64,000 nt of DNA from Eledone cirrhosa (taxonomy: Eukaryota). Where the stretch lies: the NCBI GenBank assembly GCA_964016885.1, contig OZ024742.1, forward strand, positions 21,762,001 to 21,826,000. Reading direction: 5' to 3'. A program made the position numbers and the translations under genes. Below the pieces are notes generated by a model. The model was given only the letters and a program-made list of their open reading frames with translations, was not told where the DNA came from and did no database searches. Below, one piece after another: positions 55,258-64,000 of this stretch (position 1 is its first letter; every line of letters starts with the position of its first letter).

Positions 55258-55380
55258 TTATCCCGGGTTCAATCGAGAGTAACCACAATCAGTAAGGTAC
55301 TCAATACATAGCAGAGTATAAATATTTAATATAGAAATGGCTTCTACAGGATTAGAACTGTTTCATTCAGAAGAAATCAT
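55258..55380 (-). mobile_element. Family A 3' end without inverted arm
   Basis: Homologous to the reverse complement of 3268-3391; truncated inside the HHR core. Confidence 0.75.
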
Positions 55381-56052
55381 ACACGCATACACACATATAA
55401 TGATAATTATATATTCATATACAGATAGAGAGAGGGGGTGGGCGGAGGGAGAGAAAGATGAAAATAAAAGAGAGAGAATATTCACAAACAAACTTAATTG
55501 TGCCACCACCAAACGCTTAAGGAATTAAATATACTTATGTGGCATACTCAATAGGAGAGACAAGTGGAAGTGCGGTGGATCTAAATATCAATAACCTACC
55601 CAACAAAATGCCATATCAAGTCACGTGATATTGATATTTTGTAAGCCTGCTACAACTTTTATCATTTTAGAAATTTCTTAATCTCCTTTCCTCTTCTTAA
55701 AATCTGTATTACGGACCGAGTAGATACTTCAGTTTTACAAAAGAAAACTGCAGCTGTTTGCTTTCCTTTCTCTTCTCTGTCTTTATTCGCTCCCCTCTCT
55801 CTCTCACTCTCTCTCTCTCTCTTTCTCTCTCCATATTCATAAAGTCAGACCAAACGATTTTTGCCCACACACTGCAGAAAAAGAAAAGACACCTGGAAGC
55901 TAAGCATCTAGTGTATATATATATATATATGTACGTATGTATATATGTATGTATGTATGTATATATATATGTGTGTGTGTGTGAGTATGTACATGCTTAT
56001 ATACACAAGCACACACGCAAACACCCATACATACATATACACACACATATAA

Positions 56053-56100
<48 letters not shown>

Positions 56101-56115
56101 GTGTGTGTGTGTATT

Positions 56116-56186
<71 letters not shown>

Positions 56187-57361
56187 CTGTGTATTAGTAT
56201 CTGCCCGTGTGTGCCCATATGTATATGCGTACAATATAAATATATTTCTCTGGACAGTAGAATACTATAAAATCCTGTACACGTGCCTTATTCACCCATT
56301 GCATTGAAATGTACTTTAATGAGAAATAATCTTTGTTATTATCCAACTTTTAACCCTCTTATATCTTAACTACTACTGTGGTCAACGCCTGTCATGTCGT
56401 TTTTCTTTTTAGAGATTGACTACTTTTTTGTTTTACTCTTTTAATTTCTACAAATTATTTGTTTATTTTAATAACCAACTGCCATTGTGTTCTTAAAACA
56501 ATAGTAGTTATTTTGGCATTGTTTCTAACCTAATTCATGAACATGTAAATGCCAGCCAGAAAGATATAAAACACGTATAATAATGTCAGATATTTGTCAT
56601 CAAGAAAATATCTAAATCATATTTTGTTTTTTTTATTTCAATAAATTTTTATTTGCTTTTAAAAGATTTACATGTCATTGAAGAATATCTAATCGTAAGT
56701 TTGTCATTCATTTGGAAACTAATAAATCCCAGAAGTCTCCATCTTAGAGCTTCAGTCATATTCTTAATACCGTCATCCATTTTAATAACAACCCCATTCT
56801 ATCCCACTTGTTGCCAGTATATTAGAATAAAGATGTAGTTTCTAACAGAAGTATGTCAGTGAAGTTTGCTTGGCATATGTGACTTTGTTACCCTGTTTTT
56901 TCTTTGATTTTTGTAACGTTTCTTTGATTTTTGTTAGTTTCGCTGGATTTGTTTATAGGCTAGTGTTAACCCTTTATCTGTGGTAAAATATACGATTTAT
57001 TACTAAAATATTACTTGAAATTTATAAATATTTCACATTGTTTTTAACGAAGTGTATATATTATTTTGCAATTTCCGCTGTTTTTCCTGTCGTTGAGACA
57101 CGTATTAATCCACATTCGTGAAGCTAATCTATGATTCAATGCCATATTATACATTACTAAAATACCTAATTTGATAACCTTTCCAGCTAAACAGATACAA
57201 GAAAATTAGTATCACCTCTTGTGTAACACTTTATATCTTTCAAATCTTCTTTCTTACAATACACACTTTGGCTGTTCTTTCATTCCGAAATTTGCAACTC
57301 TCTGGAATTCACTCAACGCTATTTTTTAAAATATCTTCATATTGTTGTAAACGCTAGGATT

Positions 57362-60300
57362 TGGCAGAGTCGTTAGAACTTTGGATAGAATGGCAGAGTC
57401 GTTAGAACTTTGGATAGAATGGCAGAGTCGTTAGAACTTTGGATAGAATGGCCGAGTGGTTAGAACGTCGGGGAGAATGGCAGAGTCGTTAGAACGTCGG
57501 ATAGAATGGCCGAGTGGTTAGAACGTCGGATAGAAAGGCCAAGTAGTTAGAACGTTGGATAGAATGGCAGAGTGGTTAGAACGTCAGATAGAATGGCAGA
57601 GTCGTCAGAAGGTTGGATAGAATAGCAGAGGAGTTAGAACGTCGGATAGAATGGCAGAGTCGTTAGAAGGTCGGATAGAATGGCAGAGTCGTTAGAAGGT
57701 CAGATAGAATGGCAGAGTCGTAGGAAGGTCAGATAGAATGGCAGAGTCGTTGGAAGGTCGGATAGAATGGCAGAGACGTTAGAACGTTAGATAGAATAGC
57801 AGAGTCGTAAAAACGTTAGATAGAGTGGCAAAGTCATTAGAAGGTCGGATAGAATGGTAGAGTCGTTAGAACGTCGGATAGAATGGCAGAGTGGTTAGAA
57901 CGTTAGATAGAATGGCAGAGTCGTTATAATGTCGGATAGAATGGCAGAGTGGTTAGAACGTTAGATAGAATGGCAGAGTCGTTAGAATGTGAGATAGAAT
58001 GGTAGAGTCGTTAGAACGTCGGAGAGAATGCCAGAGTCATTAGAACTTTGAATAGAATGGCAGAGTCGTTAGAAAGTTAGATAGAATGACAGAGTCGTTA
58101 GAACGTTAGATAGAATGACAGAGTCGTTAGAACGACGGATAGAATGGCAGAGTCGTTAGAACGTTGGATAGAATGGCAGAGTCGTTAGAACGTCGGATAG
58201 AATGGCAGAGTCGTTAGAACGTTGGATAGAATGGCAGAGTCGTTAGAACGTTAGATAGAATGGTAGAGTCGTTAGAACGTTAGATAGAATGGCAGAGTCG
58301 TTAGAACGTCAGATAGAATGGCAGAGTCGTTAGAATGCCGGATAGAATGGCCGAGTGGTTAGAACGTTGGATAGAAGGGCAGAGTCGTTAGAAGGTCGGA
58401 TAGAATAGCAGAGTCGTTAGAACGTTAGATAGTATGGCAGACTCGTTACAACGTTAGATAGAATGGCAGAGTCGTTAGAACGTCGGATAGAATGGCAAAG
58501 TCGTTAGAACGTTAGATAGAATGGCAGAGTCGTTAGAACGTTAGATAGAATGGCAGAGTCCTTAGAACGTCGGATAGAATGGCAAATTCGTTAGAACGTT
58601 AGATAGAATGGTAGAGTCGTTAGAAGGTCGGATAGAATGGCAGAGTCGTTAGAACTTTGGATAGAATGGCAGAGTCGTTAGAACGTCGGATAGAATGGCG
58701 GATTCATTAGAAGGTCGGATAGATTGGCAGAGTCGTTAGAACGTCGGATAGAATGGCAAAGTCGTTAGAACGTCAGATAGAATGGCAGAGTCGTTAGAAT
58801 ACCGGACAGAATGGCAGAGTCGTTAGAACTTTGGATAGAATGGCAGAGACGTTAGAACGTTATATAGAATAGCAGAGTCGTAAGAACGTGAGATAGAGTG
58901 CCAGAGTCGTTAGAACGTTAGATAGTATAGCAGAGTCGTTAGAACGTTAGATAGAATGGCAGAGTCATTAGAAGGTCGGATAGAATGGTAGAGTCTTTAG
59001 AACGTCGGATAGAATGGCAGAGTGGTTAGAACGTTAGATAGAATGGCAGAGTCGTTAGAATGTCGGATAGAATGGCAGAGTGGTTAGAACGTTAGATAGA
59101 ATGGCTAAGTCGTTAGAATGTGAGATAGAATGGTAGAGTCGTTAGAACGTCGGATAGAATGGCAGAGACGTTAGAACGTTAGATAGAATGGTAGAGTCGT
59201 TAGAACGTTAGATAGAATGGCAGAGTCGTTAGAACGTAGGATAGAATGGCAGAGTCGTTAGAACGTCGGATAGAATGGAAGAGTCGTTAAAACGTAGGAT
59301 AGAATAACAGAGTCGTTAGAACGTTGGATAGAATGGCCGAGTGGTTAGAACGTCGGATAAATGACAGTGTCGTTAAAACGTAGGATAGAATGGTAGAGTC
59401 GTTAGAACCTCGGATAGAATGCCAGAGTCGTTAGAACGTCGGATAGAAAGGCCGAGTGGTTAGAACGTTGGATAGAATGGCCGAGTGGTTAGAACGTTAG
59501 ATAGAATGCCAGAGTCGTTAGAAGGTCTGATAGAATAGCAGAGTGGTTAGAACGTTAGATAGAATGGCTGAGTCGTTAGAACGTCTGATAGAATGGCCGA
59601 GTCGTTAGAACGTCGGATAGAATACCAAAGTCGTTAGAATGTCGGATAGAATGGCCGAGTCGTTAGAACGTCGGATAGAATGTCCGAGTGGTTAGAACGT
59701 TAGATAGAATGGCTGAGTCGTTAGAACGTCTGATAGAATGGCCGAGTCGTTAGAATATCGGATAGAATGGCCGAGTCGTTAGAACGTCGGCTAGAATGGC
59801 AGTGTTGTTAGAACGTCGGATAGAATGGTAGAGTCGTTAGAACGTCGCATAGAATGGCCGAGTACTTAGAATGTCGGATAAAATGGCAGAGTCGTTAGAA
59901 CGTCGGATAGAATGGCAGAGTCGTTAGAACGTTGGATAGAATGGCCGAGTGGTTAGAACGTCGGATAGAATGGCAGAGTCGTTAGAATGTTAGATAGAAT
60001 GGTAGAGTCGTTAGAACGTTAGATAGAATGGCAGAGACGTTAGAACGTCAGATAGAATGGCAGAGTCGTTAGAATGCCGGATAGAATGGCAGAGTCGTTA
60101 GAATGCAGGACAGAATGGCAGAGTCGTTAGAACGTCGGATAGAATGGCCGAGTGGTTAGAACGTTGAATAGAAGGGCAGAGTCGTTACAACGTCGGATAG
60201 AATGGCAGAGTCGTTAGAATGTTAGATAGAATGGCAGAGGCGTTAGAAGGTCGGAGAGAATGGCAGAGTCGTTAGAAGGTCGGATAGATTGGCAGAATCG

Positions 60301-63300
60301 TTAGAATGTCATATACAATGGCAAAGTCGTTAGAACGTCAGATAGAATGGCAGAGTCGTTAAAACGTCGGATAGAAGGGCCGAGTGGTTAGAACGTTGGA
60401 TAGAATGGCCGAGTGGTTAGAACGTTAGATAGAATGCCAGAGTCGTTAGAACGTCGGATAGAATGACAGAGTCGTTAGAACGTTGGATAGAATGTCCCAG
60501 TGGTTTGAACGTAGGATAGAATAGCAGTGGTTAGAACGTTAGATAGAATGGCAGAGTCGTTAGAATGTCGGATAGAATGGCCGAGTGGTTAGATCGTTGG
60601 ATAGAATGGCCGAGTGGTTAGAACGTTAGATAGAATGGTAGAGTCGTTAGAACGTTAGATAGAATGGAAGAGTCGTTAGAACGTCGGATAGAATGACAGA
60701 GTCGTTAGAACGTTGGATAGAATGGCCGAGTGGTTAGAACGTCTGATAGAATAGCAGAGTGGTTAGAACGTTAGATAGAATGGCAGAGTCGTTAGTACGT
60801 GGGATAGAATGGCAGAGACGTTAGAACGTTAGATAGAATAGCAGTGTCGTAAGAACGTTAGATAGAGTGGTAGAGTCGTTAGAACGTTAGATAGTATAGC
60901 AGAGTCGTTAGAACGTTAGATAGAATGGCAGAGTCATTAGAAGGTCGTATAGAATGGTAGAGTCGTTAGAACGTCGGATATAATGGCAGAGTGGTTAGAA
61001 CGTTACATAGAATGGCAGAGTCGTTAAAATGTCGGATAGAATGGCAGAGTGGTTAGAACGTTGGATAGAATGGCAGCGTCGTTATAACGTTAGATAGATT
61101 AGCAAAGTCATTAAACGTTAGATAGTATGGCAGTGTCGTTAGAACGTTAGATAGAATGACAGAGTTGTTAGAACGTTAGATAGAATGGCAGAGTCGTTAG
61201 AATGCCGGACAGAATGGCCGAGTGGTTAGAACGTTGGATAGAATGGCCGAGTGGTTAGAACGTCGGTTAAAACGGCCGAGTCGTTAGAAGGTTGGATAGA
61301 ATATCAGAGTGGTTAGAACGTCGGATAGAATGGCAGAGTCGTTAGAATGTTGGAGAGAATAGCCGAATCGTTAGAACGTCGGTTAGAGTGCCAGAGTCGT
61401 TAGAATGTCGGACAGAATGGCCGAGTCGTTAGAACGTTGGATAGAATGTCCGAGTGGTTAGAACGTTAGATAGAATGGCTGAGTCGTTAGAACGTCTGAT
61501 AGAATGGCCGAGTCGTTAAAACGTCGGATAGAATGGCCGAGTCGATAAAACGTCGGATAGAATGGCAGAGTCGTTAGAACGTTAGATAGAATGGCAGAGT
61601 CGTTAGTACGTGGGATAGAATGGCAGAGACGTTAGAACGTTAGATAGAATAGCAGAGTCGTAAGAACGTTAGATAGAGTGGCAGAGTCGTTAGAACTTTA
61701 CATAGTATAGCAGAGTCGTTAGAACGTTAGATAGAATGGCAGAGTCATTAGAAGGTCGGATAGAATGGTAGAGTCGTTAGAACGTTGGATAGAATGGCAG
61801 AGTGGTTAGAACGTTAGATCGAATGGCAGAGTCGTTAGAATGTCGGATAGAATGGCAGAGTGGTTAGAACGTCGGATAGAAGGGCCGAGTGGTTAGAACG
61901 TTGGATAGAATGGCCGAGTGGTTAGAACGTTAGATAGAATGCCAGAGTCGTTAGAACGTCGGATAGAATGGAAGAGTCGTTAGACTGTCGGATAGGATGA
62001 CAGTGTCGTTAAAACGTAGGATAGAATAACAGAGTGGTTAGAACGTTAGATAGAATGGCAGAGTCGTTAGAATGTCGGATAGAATGGCCGAGTGGTTAGA
62101 ACGTTAGATAGAATGGTAGAGTCGTTAGAACCTCGAATAGAATGGCAGAGTCGTTAGAACGTCGGAGAGAATAGCCGAATCGTTAGAACGTCGGATAGAA
62201 TGCCAGAGTCGTTAGAATGTCGGATAGAATGGCCGAGTCGTTAGAACGTTGGATAGAATGGCCTAGTGGTTAGAACGTTAGATAGAATGGTAGAGTCGTT
62301 AGAACCTCGGATAGAATGGAAGAGTCGTTAGAACGTCGGATAGAATAGCAGAGTGGTTAGAACGTCGGATAGAATGGCAGAGTCGTTAGAATGTCGGAGA
62401 GAATAGACGAATCGTTAGAACGTCGGATAGAATGCCAGAGTCGTTAGAATGTCGGATAGAATGGCCGAGTCGTTAGAACGTCGGATAGAATGGCCGAGTC
62501 GTTAGAACGTCGGCTAGAATGGCAGAGTTGTTAGAACGTCGGATAGAATGGCCGAGTACTTAGAATGTCGGAGAAAATGGCAGAGTCGTTAGAACATTAG
62601 ATAGAATGGCAGAGTCGTTAGTACGTGGGATAGAATGGCAGAGACGTTAGAACGTTAGATAGTATAGCAGAGTCGTTAGAACGTTAGATAGAATGGCAGA
62701 GTCATTAGAAGGTCGTATAGAATGGTAGAGTCGTTAGAACGTCGGATGTAATAGCAGAGTGGTTAGAACGTTACATAGAATGGCAGAGTCGTTAGAATGT
62801 CGGATAGAATGGCAGAGTGGTTAGAACGTTCGATAGAATGGCAGCGTCGTTATAACGTTAGATAGATTAGCAGAGTCATTAAACGTTAGATAGTATGGCA
62901 GTGTCGTTAGAACGTTAGATAGAATGACAGAGTTGTTAGAACGTTAGATAGTATGGCAGAGTCGTCAGAACGTCAGATAGAATGGCAGAGTCGTTAGAAT
63001 GCCGGACAGAATGGCGAGCTCGTTAGAACGTCGGGTAGAATGGCCGAGTGGTCAGAATGTTGGATAGAATGGCCGAGTGGTTAGAACGCCGGTTAAAACG
63101 GCCGAGTCGTTAGAAGGTTGGATAGAATAGCAGAGTGGTTAGAACGTCGGATAGAATGGCAGAGTGGTTAGAACGTCAGATAGAATGGCAGAGTCGTTAG
63201 AATGCCGGACAGAATGGCAGAGTCGTTAGAACGTTAGAAAAATGGCAGAGTCGTTAGAACGTCGGATAGAATGGCCGAGTAGTTAGAACGTCGGATATAA

Positions 63301-64000
63301 TGGAAGAGTCGTTAGAACGTCGGATAGAATGACAGAGTCGTTAGAACGTTGGATAGAATGGCCGAGTGGTTAGAACGTTAGATAGAATGGCAGAGTGGTT
63401 AGAACGTTAGATAGAATGACTGAGTCGTTAGAACGTCTGATAGAATGGCCGAGTCGTTAGAACGTCGGATAGAATGGCCGAGTCGTTCGAACGTTATCTA
63501 GAATGGCTGAGTCGTCAGAAGTCGGATAGAATGGCCGAGTACTTAGAATGTCTGATAAAATGGCAGAGTCGTTAGAAAGTTAGACAGAATGGCAGAGTCG
63601 TTAGAACATCGGATAGAATGGCAGAGTCGTTAGAACGTCGGATGGAATGGCTGAGTCGTTAGAAGGTTGGATAGAATAGCAGAGTGGTTAGAACGTCGGA
63701 TAGAATGGCAGAGTCCTTAGAATGTGAGATAGAATGGCAGAGTCGTTAGAACGTCGGATAGAATGGAAGAGTCGTTAGAACGTTAGATAGAATGGCAGAG
63801 TCGTTAGAACGTCGGATAGAATGGCAGAGTCGTTAGAACGTTAGATAGAATAGCATAGTCAGTAGAACGTTAGATAATATGGCAGAGTCGTTGGAACGTT
63901 AGATAGAATGCCAAAGTCGATAGAACGTTAGATAGTAGGGCAGAGTGGTTAGAACGTCGGATAGAATGGCAGAGTCGTTAGTACGTGGGATAGGATGGCA
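57362..64000 (+). repeat. 29-bp tandem satellite (~229 units in window) derived from the SINE/tRNA A-box head; runs off the window end
   Basis: Consensus TGGCAGAGTCGTTAGAACGTCGGATAGAA; first units start at 57362, 57391 and 57420; matches 36875-36903. Confidence 0.97.

Noticed and set aside
56600-57350. Possible decayed LTR-integrase or transposase remnant (NKWDRMG-like peptide)
   Set aside because: Too many stops and frameshifts to support a call without a database search.
57362-64000. CRISPR-like array of 29-bp repeats
   Set aside because: Units abut with no unique spacers, there are no cas genes, the context is eukaryotic, and the unit derives from the local SINE.

Overview
AT-rich, microsatellite-saturated eukaryotic DNA, most likely octopus/cephalopod (inferred from the tRNA-derived SINE family). 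No host gene can be called with confidence, and most listed ORFs are translations of (TA)n/(CA)n tracts. The window is dominated by Penelope-like retroelements (PLEs). There is a GC-rich RT + GIY-YIG element at 1-3160 and an apparently intact Naiad-type element at 17951-31907, with an ~813-aa ORF, ~3.7-kb pseudo-LTRs and a ~7.5-kb palindrome. Two more Naiad fragments and about ten families of short fold-back insertions sit inside (TA)n tracts. Read by eye, these carry more than 20 type I hammerhead ribozyme (HHR) motifs, intact, degenerate or half. They include family-specific palindromic stem IIIs, a compensatory U3-A8 core variant, and a non-coding ~440-510-bp tandem retrozyme-like family with an octamer motif. 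The short arms of the fold-backs stop at a fixed site just before an ACTC motif in several unrelated families. Also present: tRNA-SINEs, CR1, RTE, RLE-type and Tx1-like LINE remnants, Helitron-like elements, a MITE, and a 29-bp satellite of at least 6.6 kb built from the Pol III A-box end of the SINE. Coordinates were counted by hand; element boundaries are approximate.
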